Source of the DNA: Terriglobia bacterium
Lineage (GTDB): Bacteria > Acidobacteriota > Terriglobia > 20CM-2-55-15
Assembly (NCBI GenBank): GCA_963664115.2
Contig: CAXWPJ010000012.1
Span: forward strand, 96,001 to 160,000
Length of the DNA: 64,000 nt
Direction: 5' to 3'
The notes under the pieces were generated by a model, which was not told the DNA's origin, made no database searches, and worked only from the letters and a program-made list of their open reading frames with translations. Positions within the stretch are counted from its first letter, which is position 1. Each line of letters begins with the position of its first letter. Positions 28,677-39,116 of the stretch are shown piece after piece. The position numbers and the translations under genes are program-made.

Positions 28677-30449
28677 TTAACTATTCGCCTGCAGTTCCTG
28701 CTCCCTGTACTGCAGTTGATAGAGCTTAAAGTACAGACCGCGCTGGGCCAGTAGCTCCTGATGGGAACCAATCTCCCGGATCCGGCCCTTGTGCATAACG
28801 ATGATCTTGTCACAGCGCTGTATCGTAGAAAGCCGGTGCGCAATAATGATCGAGGTCCGCCCGCGCATCAATCGTTCGATCGCCGTTCGGATCTCGCCCT
28901 CGGTCTCGGTATCCACGCTCGAGGTCGCCTCGTCGAGAATCAATATTTCCGGATCGTGCGCCAATGCCCGTGCGAACGCGAGGAGCTGGCGCTGCCCGAC
29001 AGATAACGTTGTGCCCCGCTCGTTGACTGGATGCTCCAGCCCCTCCTCCAGGGAACGAATGAATGGCCCCAGATTGACGTCTTCGGTAGCCTGGCGCACT
29101 CTCGCCGGCGATATTTCCGATCCGAGCCGGATATTGGATTCCAGCGTTCCGGAAAATACGAATACATCCTGCAATACAACCGCGAAGCGCCGTCGCATGT
29201 CGCTCAGGTCCATTGCTGAAATGTCGACTCCATCGAGCAGAATCCGCCCCTTTTGTATGTCGTAGAAACGTGTCAGAAGACTCGAGATGGTTGTCTTCCC
29301 TGCCCCTGTGTGTCCGACGATGGCAACGGATTCGCCCTCCCCGACTCGAAACGATACGTCCTTGAGGATCCAATCCTCGTCGTTGTATGCGAACCAGACG
29401 TTCTGAAATTCGATCTCGCCACGCGCCTCAGCGATTGCCCTTGGCGAGGCCGGCGAAACGACCGTTGGAGGGGTGTCGAGCAAATTGAAAATACGTTCGG
29501 AACTCGCCATCGCGGACTGCAGGATGTTGTATTTTTCACTCAGGTCCGCAATCGGGCGGAAAAATCGCTGGGAATACTGAATGAAAGCAATCAGGGTCCC
29601 GAGGGTCAGAATGCCTGTGAGCACCTCGCCGCCTCCGTACCAGATGATCAATGCGATTGCGGTCGCGCTCAGCAGTTCGACGACGGGATAAAAGACGGCG
29701 TACGCCATGATGGAGTCGAGCGTCGCACCCAGATGCTCGCGATTGATGCCGTCAAACCTCTGGGCGCTCTTACGCTCCCGGTTGTAGAGCTGCACGACGC
29801 TCATTCCGGTGATGTGTTCCTGGAGAAATGCATTGATCTTGGCGATCGCGATCCGCACCCGGCGGTAGCCATCGCGCGCGCTCGTTCGGAAAACGGCCGT
29901 GGTAATGCCTATAAACGGAATGATCCCCAGAACAATCAGTCCCAGGCGCCAGTCCAGGACCAGCAAGACGATCATGATACCGGTGAGCGTGAATATATCC
30001 CCGAAGACCGATACGATGCCGGATGAAAACATTTCGTTAAGAACATCGACGTCTGTCGTAACCCGCGTAATCAGTCGACCCACGGGATTGCGATCGAAGA
30101 AACTGTTCGACAGGCTCTGAATGTGGTTGAAGATCTCGCGTCTCATGTCAAACATGATTCGCTGACCCGTGCTCTGAAGCGTATAGGTCTGCAGGAAACC
30201 GATACCGTACTTCGCAACCAGCAGACCGAAATAGACTGCAGCAATCAGCCCGAGCCCACTCATGTCACCGGCAAGGATGTAGTTGTCGACAGCCACCAGC
30301 GTCAGCCATGGGAAACTGATTTCAATCAGGGACTCGACAATGATCAGGAGGAAAGCAAACAGGACCATAGCTCGGTACGGCAGCAGATAGACCAGCAGCC
30401 GTCGCATCAGGTGGGCATCATAGGCCTTTCCAAGTACTTCTTCTTTCAT
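28677..30449 (-). CDS. Heterodimeric ABC exporter subunit (TMD-NBD)
   Basis: GHTGAGKT, degenerate signature LSVGQ, canonical Walker B ILILDE, IAHR. Confidence 0.94.
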   Translation of the reverse strand: MKEEVLGKAYDAHLMRRLLVYLLPYRAMVLFAFLLIIVESLIEISFPWLTLVAVDNYILAGDMSGLGLIAAVYFGLLVAKYGIGFLQTYTLQSTGQRIMFDMRREIFNHIQSLSNSFFDRNPVGRLITRVTTDVDVLNEMFSSGIVSVFGDIFTLTGIMIVLLVLDWRLGLIVLGIIPFIGITTAVFRTSARDGYRRVRIAIAKINAFLQEHITGMSVVQLYNRERKSAQRFDGINREHLGATLDSIMAYAVFYPVVELLSATAIALIIWYGGGEVLTGILTLGTLIAFIQYSQRFFRPIADLSEKYNILQSAMASSERIFNLLDTPPTVVSPASPRAIAEARGEIEFQNVWFAYNDEDWILKDVSFRVGEGESVAIVGHTGAGKTTISSLLTRFYDIQKGRILLDGVDISAMDLSDMRRRFAVVLQDVFVFSGTLESNIRLGSEISPARVRQATEDVNLGPFIRSLEEGLEHPVNERGTTLSVGQRQLLAFARALAHDPEILILDEATSSVDTETEGEIRTAIERLMRGRTSIIIAHRLSTIQRCDKIIVMHKGRIREIGSHQELLAQRGLYFKLYQLQYREQELQANS

Positions 30450-30455
30450 GACGCT

Positions 30456-32213
30456 TCAGTCACTGATCGCCAGCTCCTCTTCCAACAACTGCCGCTGGTG
30501 GAGTTCCGCGTACTGGCCGCCAAGCGCCAGCAATGCGTCATGGCTACCCCGTTCGACGATTGCCCCACCGTCGAGCACAACAATTTCGTCGGCGTCTTTC
30601 ACCGTCGATACCCTGTGGCTGATAAGGATCGAAGTCCGATCCCGCATGACGGCGCGAAGTTCGTGCAGGATCTGCTCCTCTGTGTAGGTGTCGACGCTGG
30701 AAAGCGCATCGTCGAGGATTAGAATCCTGGGATCGCGGACCACGGCGCGGGATATCGCGGTGCGCTGCTTCTGGCCTCCGGACAAGGTAATGCCCCGCTC
30801 GCCGACCATGGTCTCAAAGGCCATCGGAAACTCTTCTATATCGCTTTTTATGTTTGATATACGCGCCGCATCTTCAACTTGTTCATTAGATGCCCCATCG
30901 ATGCCAAAGGCAATGTTTTCGAAGATCGTCTCGCCAAAGAGAAAGGTGTCCTGAGGGATGAACCCGATTGCACGACGGAGGCGCTCAAGGGGAAAACGTT
31001 CAACAGGAATCCCATCGATGAACACGGTTTGCTCCGGCGGGTCGTAAAGACGCGGAATGAGCTGGGCCAGCGTGGACTTGCCCGAGCCAGTCGCACCCAC
31101 AATGGCGAGCGTCTTCCCTTGCGGGACCCGCAAGGAAACATCCCGCAGCACGGGAGTATGGTTATAGGCAAAGCTGAGGTGCCTCAGTTCAATTTCGCCG
31201 CGAATTTCGTCATCAACGCAATCGGGCGTGTCCGCGATCTCGGGGACGGCATTCAGAATGTGGTCCAGTCGCGCCATCGACGCCCGGCCGCGCTCAAGCA
31301 GGTTGACCACCCACCCCACCGCGATCATCGGAAAAGCCAGCATTCCCAGATACACAGTGAATGCGACGAAATCACCCAGGGTGATGACGCCGGAAACCAC
31401 CTGGCGCCCGCCAAACCAGAGCACCACAACGGCCGCGAAGCCGATCGTGAACTGCATCGTGGGATAGAACAGACTGGTCACTCGGATCAAATCCATGTTC
31501 TTTTCCAGCAAGCGTTGATTCAAGCCGTCAAAGGCCTCTTTTTCATGCTCTTCCTGCACAAAGACTTTCACAACACGGATTCCCGCCAAGCTCTCCTGCA
31601 CACGGGCACTGAGGTCGGCCAGTCGCTGTTGCGACTCCTCACTCAGGCGATGAATGCGCTTACCGAACTTCCTGACCCCGTACGATATGAGCGGCAGCGG
31701 GAGCAGAGCCACAAGGGTCAACCGCCAGTCGATGCTCAACATGAGCACGATGGCGATCGTCGTTGTGGCGATGGTGTTCGCGGTGTACATGATCCCTGGG
31801 CCCAGCAGCATGCGCACGTTGCTCAAATCGTTCGTCGCCCGTGACATGAGATCGCCCGTAAAGTTCTTCTGGTAATACGAGAGCTCGAGCGTCTCCATAT
31901 GTTCGAAAACATCGGCCCGGAGGTGGTACTCGATCCGGCGGGAGACGCCGATCATCAGCCATCGCATCAGAAATCGCGCAATTCCCTGCAAGACGGTCAA
32001 ACCAACGATCAACCCGGCATAGAAAACCAGTCCTTGGCGGGTGATCCCCCCGCTCAGGCTGTCGATGCCGTATCGAATGACCCAGGGATTGGCCAGAGCC
32101 AGGCCGGAGGTCGCAACGACGCAGACCAGGCCCGCGAACATCCGGGCCTTATATCTTTTGAGATAAACGATTAACCGGGCTAAAGTACTAGTTTGAGGCG
32201 TCTCAGGGGGCAT
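30456..32213 (-). CDS. Heterodimeric ABC exporter subunit (TMD-NBD)
   Basis: GATGSGKS, LSGGQ, degenerate Walker B ILILDD; the pair has the one-degenerate-site pattern of TmrAB/BmrCD-type exporters. Confidence 0.94.
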   Translation of the reverse strand: MPPETPQTSTLARLIVYLKRYKARMFAGLVCVVATSGLALANPWVIRYGIDSLSGGITRQGLVFYAGLIVGLTVLQGIARFLMRWLMIGVSRRIEYHLRADVFEHMETLELSYYQKNFTGDLMSRATNDLSNVRMLLGPGIMYTANTIATTTIAIVLMLSIDWRLTLVALLPLPLISYGVRKFGKRIHRLSEESQQRLADLSARVQESLAGIRVVKVFVQEEHEKEAFDGLNQRLLEKNMDLIRVTSLFYPTMQFTIGFAAVVVLWFGGRQVVSGVITLGDFVAFTVYLGMLAFPMIAVGWVVNLLERGRASMARLDHILNAVPEIADTPDCVDDEIRGEIELRHLSFAYNHTPVLRDVSLRVPQGKTLAIVGATGSGKSTLAQLIPRLYDPPEQTVFIDGIPVERFPLERLRRAIGFIPQDTFLFGETIFENIAFGIDGASNEQVEDAARISNIKSDIEEFPMAFETMVGERGITLSGGQKQRTAISRAVVRDPRILILDDALSSVDTYTEEQILHELRAVMRDRTSILISHRVSTVKDADEIVVLDGGAIVERGSHDALLALGGQYAELHQRQLLEEELAISD

Positions 32214-32348
32214 CGGACTACTATTCTACATTTATTGCAGCGCGCTTTTAAACCCAGGCACCGCGGGGAGAGTCCAATAGTACTAGAGGCGTTTCTCGAA
32301 CAGGTTCGAGAGGCGGAACGGCCGTTCTACCAGTAACTTCGGAACATC

Positions 32349-32975
32349 ATGGGTCACACCGCGACTACCATCATGCCGGTTGCGACGAAGGTCACACAGG
32401 CCGCACAGGACAGAGATGAGGACAAAGACCTTGTCTCGCGATACCTCGCCGGGAACATGGTTGCTTTCGACGAATTGATGACCCGCCACCAGCGGGCGGT
32501 CTACAGGCTATGCTTCCGGTTTGTGCAAACTCGCGAAGACGCGATGGATCTGACCCAGGAAGTCTTCATCAAGGCCTTCGAAAACCTTTCAGCGTTTCGC
32601 GGGGATGCCCGCTTCAAGACATGGCTGTATAGAGTGGCCGTCAACCACTGCCTGAACCATGTAAAGAAGAATTCCCGGGAGTTCGTCGAAGTCGACGAAA
32701 GCATAGGGAGCGTCAAGCCGCACTTCCATAACAGACTCCTCGAAAAAGAACGGCGAGCGATCGTAAAAGAGCTCATGGTGAACCTCCCACCCAAGCAGAA
32801 AGCGATTCTCGAACTGCGCATGAACGACAATCTGAGCTACGAGGAAATTGCGGGCATACTGGGACGCTCGGTGTCGACGATCAAATCCAGCGTTTTCTTT
32901 GCATTGACGAAACTCAAAAAAATGGTCCAGCAACAGTCAAACACGGGCACCATAAAATCGAATAACGCCGGATGA
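32349..32975 (+). CDS. ECF sigma-70 factor
   Basis: DLTQEVFIKA, FKTWLYRVAVNHCLN, LSYEEIAGILG..TIKS. Confidence 0.93.
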   Translation: MGHTATTIMPVATKVTQAAQDRDEDKDLVSRYLAGNMVAFDELMTRHQRAVYRLCFRFVQTREDAMDLTQEVFIKAFENLSAFRGDARFKTWLYRVAVNHCLNHVKKNSREFVEVDESIGSVKPHFHNRLLEKERRAIVKELMVNLPPKQKAILELRMNDNLSYEEIAGILGRSVSTIKSSVFFALTKLKKMVQQQSNTGTIKSNNAG

Positions 32976-33631
32976 CGTCGGGTCACACAATGTTAAAGTT
33001 CTTTGGAAAGTTCAGGCATCTAAGAGCAGAAGAGTTCATCGACCTTCTGGATGGGCTCGGCCTTGGGACCGAGCGTGGGGCTCATCTCGAGCGGTGTTCC
33101 GACTGCCGGACAACGCTGGCCGCTATCACCGAGTTGCGTCAGGACATTTCGAACGTCGAATTAATTGACGCTGAAGCTGCAGATGCCGCGGTTGCGAATG
33201 CGGATTGGCTTGAACTCGGTTCCTCAGTCAGGGACAGTCTGCTTTCACGCTCAGTAAAGCGTTCTTCGATTCTACAGCGATGGACCGGTTGGACGCCGGC
33301 ACCTGCCCCGTCCTGGAGCGTGGCGCTCATGATCCTTGTTTCAGCAATGACCGCGGCTGGTCTGTGGCACTACCAGACCGTACATCTGACAAATGAAACA
33401 ACGGGCAGTTCACTGACCGAAGGCATAGAATTATCTTTACCGGATTCCGGATTTGAGTTCGAGCTGTTTGCGGAGGATTCTGAAGCCGTCGAGGCAGAAG
33501 CTCTCGCCTGGTCTCAAACCGAAATATTCACAACCCTGAACGAACTCGAAGTGGGTGAAGAGGAAGTGCTCCGCGAATTAATCGCCTTGGCTGTTGCCGA
33601 AGATTCGATCTTCGAGCCCTCAGTGCAATAA
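32972..33631 (+). CDS. Zinc-binding (ZAS) membrane anti-sigma factor
   Basis: HLERCSDC (HxxxCxxC), single TM, overlaps the sigma stop. Confidence 0.8.
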   Translation: MTSGHTMLKFFGKFRHLRAEEFIDLLDGLGLGTERGAHLERCSDCRTTLAAITELRQDISNVELIDAEAADAAVANADWLELGSSVRDSLLSRSVKRSSILQRWTGWTPAPAPSWSVALMILVSAMTAAGLWHYQTVHLTNETTGSSLTEGIELSLPDSGFEFELFAEDSEAVEAEALAWSQTEIFTTLNELEVGEEEVLRELIALAVAEDSIFEPSVQ

Positions 33632-33647
33632 TGGAAGCAGTGCAGCA

Positions 33648-34205
33648 ATGAAAGCTAGATTCGCCACAATCATAATTCTGATGCTGCTGGCAACGGGTGT
33701 GTCGGGGGAACCCCTGCTCCGACAGGGCCCGCGTGAGATTGGCCGTGAGATTGGCAAGATCCGACCCCAGAGACCGGGACCGAGGCGAAACCTGCGCGCC
33801 CCCGATGTCAGCACGATCCAGGAAATGGTCGAGGGTTTCTATGTCAGCCGTTTTCAACAGGAATTGGATTTGGACGACGAACAGTTTGCACATGTTCTTC
33901 CGATGCTGCGAGACTCGCTGAGGGAAAGAAACGAACTGGGACAGAGGCGGGTACGAACTCGCAATCAGTTGCGGCAAGCAATGCAGGACAACGCCTCTGA
34001 CGACGAAATAAACCGGCGGATCTCGGAACTTGACGCAAGCGATCGCGCGCTGTGGGAAGCCCAGGCAAACCTGCTGCGTTTGGTTGACCCCGACCTGTCT
34101 CCGGGCCAGAGGGCACGGCTGCGCTTCGTCCAACCTAATCTTGAAGAACGCATTCGAAACATGATCGAGCGTTCCCGCGCTCGGCCTACCCAGCCACAAC
34201 GATAG
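33648..34205 (+). CDS. Spy/CpxP-like periplasmic helical protein
   Basis: Signal peptide, LDLDDEQ and LSPGQRA (LTxxQ-like) motifs; third gene of the ECF triad. Confidence 0.7.
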   Translation: MKARFATIIILMLLATGVSGEPLLRQGPREIGREIGKIRPQRPGPRRNLRAPDVSTIQEMVEGFYVSRFQQELDLDDEQFAHVLPMLRDSLRERNELGQRRVRTRNQLRQAMQDNASDDEINRRISELDASDRALWEAQANLLRLVDPDLSPGQRARLRFVQPNLEERIRNMIERSRARPTQPQR

Positions 34206-34345
34206 ACCGCGGCGACATCATCAAGAGAGGCATTGCAGAAACTGCGATGCCCGGAAGCAACGACTCGGAATTGGGGCCGGGAAACATCCTCGCGACCAAT
34301 AACGCGGTATTCAACCGAGCACTACCCGAACGGTTTTTTTCCAGT

Positions 34346-36676
34346 TCAGAACCGTAATTTCGTCTGAACCGTAAACTGGCGACCGGGACCCAGGGCAGTC
34401 CCTGAAAACACGCCGCTGAAATTGATCACGTTGAGGTGGTCCGTTGCGTTTCGAAGGTCGAACTGCATCGTTACGGACCGGCCCTGGTCGCTCCACAGCC
34501 CAAGGCCAACAGACAGGTCAAGGCTGAAGACTGACCGCAGACGGCTCCGCTCAAAATTTACGCGCTCAATGATTTCGGGTGGGATCGCCTCGGGGTTGTC
34601 ATCGCCGGCATCGTCATAATCGTCCTCGAACTCGACTGGCAGCCCGCTACCGTAGTGGATTCCGCTCGCGAACCAGACCCGCGCGTCCGGCTGCAGGCGG
34701 ACCAGGGCCGACAGTGTGTTGCGTTGATCCTGGCTGATTGAAAAACGCTCTCCGGGTGCCCGCAGTTCGTCTGCCCCGGAGCCTTCGATGAACAACCCCC
34801 CCGTAACCGGAGTTGTCGCATATCCAATCATATTCGAGTAACTGAGGGAGGAAGAAAGCCAGCCCCAGCCGGGAAGATCGATCCGAACCTCGGTCCCGGT
34901 GATCCGCGCGGTGTCGAAACTGATTGGGAACGACAAACCCGTGTTCAGGAAGACATCGTCGTCCATGTAGTTGCGGAATGTCCGCCAGTAGTGACTCACG
35001 TCCAGCCGGAACGTGTCGAGGAAAGGCTTGCTCAGACCAAGTTCAAAAAAATTACCGCGCGAGGCAGGAAGAGGGATGGATTTTTCGACCTCATCCACAC
35101 CCAGATCTGCGGCCCCACTGCTGAGCAAGAGGTTCTCTGCAGGCGGCGGCTGGAAAACACGGTCATATGCCGCTCGGAGTTGGAGATTTGCCGCTGGAAT
35201 CCAGTAGCTCAAAGCGATCCGTGGGCTGAGGGCGTCGGCTTCGATCAGAAAGTCGTAGTGGTCATAGCGGAGCCCGATATTTGCAGCAAAATTGCCCAGG
35301 CGAATGTGATCCTGAACGAAAAACGAAACCTCGTTGCTCTGCCTTTCGTCGCGAAAGTCCAGGTCGACGCCGGGATAGGCATCGGTTTCAGCAAAGCGAA
35401 ACATCTCGCGCACGCCGCTGACTCGAAGGTCGCCACCTAACTTCAGCGTATGGCGCTCGCCCTCAACGCTAAGGTCTGCGACCAATACCGACTCGCGGAA
35501 GCCCCGGTCCTGTTCAACCCGCACCGGTGTCGATTGGGGATTGCTCCAGAGTTCGGCTGTCAGATCGCGATGCATGAATCGAACTCCCCCCAGGATCTTT
35601 GCCGAAAGGATGCGCTGGTAGTGCACCTGCATTGAGGTCTCGCCTGAAAACCTGTCCTGCCGCTGTCCCCGGTCCTGTTGCACCAGGTCGTTGGGCACGA
35701 GAAACCGGCTTTCATCAGTCCGCACAGAGAACGCAATTCGATCCTGGCTGGTCAAATCATGGTCCAAGCGGAAGTTGATGCCCGCCGCCGTAGCTTTATT
35801 GGTGAAATTTTCGAGGGATGGTGGATCCAGGTAACGCGCTGTGTAACCGGCGTGGCTACCCAGAGAAATCGAGGTGGCTCCAGTCCGGAACTGGTACCGA
35901 ATGGATCCAGACCGGTTGTCGAAACTGCCGATTCGGGAATTGAACTCCACGCCGTGCCCGGGCGTGGCAACCCTGCGCGTGTCGAGAGCAATGACACCAC
36001 CGAGACGGCGACCGTATTCGGCGGGAATACCACTGGTCATCACGTTGACGGTTTCAATGTCAGCGATCTCGAATGCCGGAGCAAAACCGATTGAACGATT
36101 GTCGTACACCGGCATCCCGTCAACGACGTACTGGGTGTCGTACTCCGATCCCCTGGGATGCAGAACACCGTTGGCCTCCAGCAACCAACCGGGCAAGGTA
36201 GTCACAACATCCACCCCACTGCGGCCGAGTGTATTGCCCGCGATATCATCCAATTGCGTCCGGCCGATCCGCATCACCGGGGCGGGCTGCATCACGTCCA
36301 ACAAAGGCACAGAGTCGCTCACGGTGATCGCCGTCGTCGTCCCCGCCACTTCGAGCGTGATCGCAATATCGCGCGGCACCGGGGAACGGACTTCAACAGT
36401 GGTGCTGAACTCGGCAAATCCGCTCTGACGAACGGTGAGGCGGTATGCGCCTGGAGGCACCCGCAGCAACCGCGCCCGGCCCTCCAAGTCAGTCCGGGCC
36501 TGGGCTTCAAACAGTGGGCTCCGGCCCGTCAACTCGACTGCAGCGAGGGCGATCCCCAGTCCGTCCGAATCGCGGACCGCAATCCGCAGTTCGCCCTCCG
36601 TGACCTGGGCCACAGCAACGCTGGAACAGAACAGAATGAGTGAGAGGAGTTGGAGCCTAAAGCCAAATTCTTTCAT
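34346..36676 (-). CDS. TonB-dependent receptor with N-terminal carboxypeptidase-regulatory-like domain
   Basis: Signal from MKEFG, PPGAYRLTV, plug YVVDGMPV, beta-barrel, terminal Phe. Confidence 0.88.
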   Translation of the reverse strand: MKEFGFRLQLLSLILFCSSVAVAQVTEGELRIAVRDSDGLGIALAAVELTGRSPLFEAQARTDLEGRARLLRVPPGAYRLTVRQSGFAEFSTTVEVRSPVPRDIAITLEVAGTTTAITVSDSVPLLDVMQPAPVMRIGRTQLDDIAGNTLGRSGVDVVTTLPGWLLEANGVLHPRGSEYDTQYVVDGMPVYDNRSIGFAPAFEIADIETVNVMTSGIPAEYGRRLGGVIALDTRRVATPGHGVEFNSRIGSFDNRSGSIRYQFRTGATSISLGSHAGYTARYLDPPSLENFTNKATAAGINFRLDHDLTSQDRIAFSVRTDESRFLVPNDLVQQDRGQRQDRFSGETSMQVHYQRILSAKILGGVRFMHRDLTAELWSNPQSTPVRVEQDRGFRESVLVADLSVEGERHTLKLGGDLRVSGVREMFRFAETDAYPGVDLDFRDERQSNEVSFFVQDHIRLGNFAANIGLRYDHYDFLIEADALSPRIALSYWIPAANLQLRAAYDRVFQPPPAENLLLSSGAADLGVDEVEKSIPLPASRGNFFELGLSKPFLDTFRLDVSHYWRTFRNYMDDDVFLNTGLSFPISFDTARITGTEVRIDLPGWGWLSSSLSYSNMIGYATTPVTGGLFIEGSGADELRAPGERFSISQDQRNTLSALVRLQPDARVWFASGIHYGSGLPVEFEDDYDDAGDDNPEAIPPEIIERVNFERSRLRSVFSLDLSVGLGLWSDQGRSVTMQFDLRNATDHLNVINFSGVFSGTALGPGRQFTVQTKLRF

Positions 36677-37105
36677 CGCTGAGTGTCTTCGGTTCCTGCC
36701 GGCTATCATCAGCAGAAAGCCGCTTTCCGCTTTAAGGCTACACCAATGCTTTCCGAGAGCGAACGTCATCATTGCCCCAACCCTGTTGCTTACACTTAGA
36801 GCCTGGTGGCAGAGATGCAGTCTCGACCTGCCATCCCACTCCGGATACCTGCATCACGCTGAATGAAAACTATCGTTAGCTGAAGAAATCGGAAGGACTG
36901 CAGTTGCGCTCTATGAGCGCACGATAACCTTCTAAATCGTGCGGCCACTGACCGCACCTACCGATCAGTGTTCTTTAATCGATCCAGAACATAAGATTCT
37001 GGTGCCTCTGGTTTTTGCGGTAGTTGTGATCGGCAAAGTCTATTCCTGCAGCTCTGATCCTTAAGACAAGAACCTTGCACCTTCCGGGTGAAGTCCTGTT
37101 TCCCT

Positions 37106-38425
37106 CTATCCCGCCAAAAGAATCTGCAAATCCATCAGATTCGTCTGGGTCGGACCCGTCGTGATCAGGTCGCGCACAGACTGCAGGAAGGTGAACGAAT
37201 CGTTGTCCCGAAGAAACTTCGTCGGTTCCATATCCATCGCGATTGCGCGGGAACAGGTGTAAGGATCGACGATGCCGCCGGCTGCCGTAGTCGGCCCATC
37301 CGTGCCGTCTGTTGCCACGCTGGCGAAACAAACGGGTTTCCTCCATGACTGCATTTTCAAGGCCCACGCGAGCGCCATTTCCTGATTGCGGCCGCCGCGG
37401 CCCGCCCCTCTGACCGTTACCGTCGTCTCCCCCGCTGCGAGCACACATGCCGGGGGCGCGACCGGCTGCCCACTGGAACCTATCTCACGCGCAATGGACG
37501 CAAAGAAACGCCCGACGTCCCGCGCTTCGCCTTCGATCTCCGAGCTCAGCACCAGAGTGTTGAAACCCAATGCTCCGGCCTTGTTGGAAGCCGACCGAAG
37601 TAAAAGCCCGTTATTGGCTATGATGTGATTGCTGACGCGCTCGAAGAGCGGGTCACCCTTCTTGGGAGTTTCCGGAATCTCTCCATGGGCACCCCTCTCA
37701 AGGCGGCTCCTGACAGCAGTGGGAACCGGGATGCCATATTTTCCGACGATCTCTAAAGCATCGGCAAAGGTCGTCGTGTCCGGTGCGGTCGGACCTGAGG
37801 CGATGAAATCGAGCGGATCGCCGATCACGTCGGACATGATCAACGACACGACGCGAGCGGGAGCCGCCCAACGGAGTAACTGTCCACCTTTGATCGAGGA
37901 GAGATGTTTTCGAACTGCGTTAAGTTCGCGAATCGCAGCTCCCGCTCGAAGCAGATTGGATGTTACCTGTTGTTTTTCTCCCAGCGTGATTCCATCAGCC
38001 GGTGAAGGCAGGAGAGCCGAACCGCCACCGGAAAACAGGCACAAAACCACATCCTGCGGATTCAGGTCACGCAGGATTTCCCGCATTCCCTCCACGGCCA
38101 GTTCCCCGGATCGATCCGGTACAGGATGTCCCGCCTCGAATACCTGGATGTGATCGGTCGGCAGCCGGTGACCATATTTTGTTATCACAAGTCCAGCGGA
38201 TATGCTGTCGTTAAAAAGACGTTCGACAACCTGCGCCATGCCGGCGCCAGCCTTTCCTGCACCGATTACGACAAGACGCCCGTCGACTGCAAAGGTCTCA
38301 TCGCCGACCGCAAATCCGTCGCCGGTGACCCGGATCGCCCTCGGGATACAGACCTCCGGACGGGCGGCATCCAGGGCCGATTGCCAGATCTCCTGGGCCG
38401 CTTCACGTAACTGGGAAATCGTCAT
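37106..38425 (-). CDS. Glycerate 2-kinase (DUF4147/MOFRL family)
   Basis: GAGKA, AGHPVPD, SGGGSAL, IASGPT, GGRNQE, TDGTDG, TGPTQTNLMD. Confidence 0.93.
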   Translation of the reverse strand: MTISQLREAAQEIWQSALDAARPEVCIPRAIRVTGDGFAVGDETFAVDGRLVVIGAGKAGAGMAQVVERLFNDSISAGLVITKYGHRLPTDHIQVFEAGHPVPDRSGELAVEGMREILRDLNPQDVVLCLFSGGGSALLPSPADGITLGEKQQVTSNLLRAGAAIRELNAVRKHLSSIKGGQLLRWAAPARVVSLIMSDVIGDPLDFIASGPTAPDTTTFADALEIVGKYGIPVPTAVRSRLERGAHGEIPETPKKGDPLFERVSNHIIANNGLLLRSASNKAGALGFNTLVLSSEIEGEARDVGRFFASIAREIGSSGQPVAPPACVLAAGETTVTVRGAGRGGRNQEMALAWALKMQSWRKPVCFASVATDGTDGPTTAAGGIVDPYTCSRAIAMDMEPTKFLRDNDSFTFLQSVRDLITTGPTQTNLMDLQILLAG

Positions 38426-38525
38426 ATCAGTGAATGCTTCTATCACGAGGCCGATTGATGTGGAAACGTTTCCTGCAGCCAAGGGTCTCGAACAGGTAAA
38501 CTATCATTTCTTTATAGCCGGGCTA

Positions 38526-39059
38526 ATGCATTCCAAATCACAGGACACCGTGTTGATCTCGGAGTCACAAATTTCGGAACGAATTTCCGAAATGGCACGG
38601 GACATTGCTAGCGATTACTCGGGAACTGAACTTCTGGCCGTGGTCGTCCTTCGCGGCGGCTTCATATTTGCCAGCGATTTGCTCCGCAAGATAGATTCAG
38701 CTGTGAGCGTGCGCCTGGATTTCGTTTCGGCGAGCATTTATGGCAGAGAAACGGTTTCGACCGGACAAGTGCGAATCCTTCACGATCTCCAGGATTCGGT
38801 CGAGGGCGCGAACGCACTGATCATCGACGACATTCTGGAAACTGGAGAAACATTGACCCGCATCCGGGAGCTGATTGAAGAACGCGGCGCGGCTTCGGTC
38901 CGTGTGGCCACACTTCTCCACAAGGAGGGAAAACTGAAGCGTCCGCTCACGGCCGATTACGTCGGATTTCAAGTTCCGGACGCATTCGTTGTGGGCTACG
39001 GTCTGGATTTCGCCGGACGCTATCGAAACCTTCCCGACATTAGAATTCTTGATGCATAG
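38526..39059 (+). CDS. hpt: Hypoxanthine phosphoribosyltransferase
   Basis: VLRGGFIFASDL, LIIDDILETGETL, FVVGYGLD..YRNLP; start trimmed to the ATG at 38526. Confidence 0.95.
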   Translation: MHSKSQDTVLISESQISERISEMARDIASDYSGTELLAVVVLRGGFIFASDLLRKIDSAVSVRLDFVSASIYGRETVSTGQVRILHDLQDSVEGANALIIDDILETGETLTRIRELIEERGAASVRVATLLHKEGKLKRPLTADYVGFQVPDAFVVGYGLDFAGRYRNLPDIRILDA

Positions 39060-39116
39060 ACCACTAAAGATCGCTCCTACGAAAGCTCCGAAAGCATTGA
39101 TGCGCTGGGCGGTGGC

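Noticed and set aside
28575-28680. Short GTTAA-containing repeats (GAGTTAA GAGTTAA AAGTTAT; CTGTTAA twice)
   Set aside because: Too short and irregular to assign a function.
36780-37100. Possible cobalamin or TPP riboswitch upstream of the TonB receptor
   Set aside because: Small hairpins are present, but I found no B12-box or TPP core motif on the minus strand.
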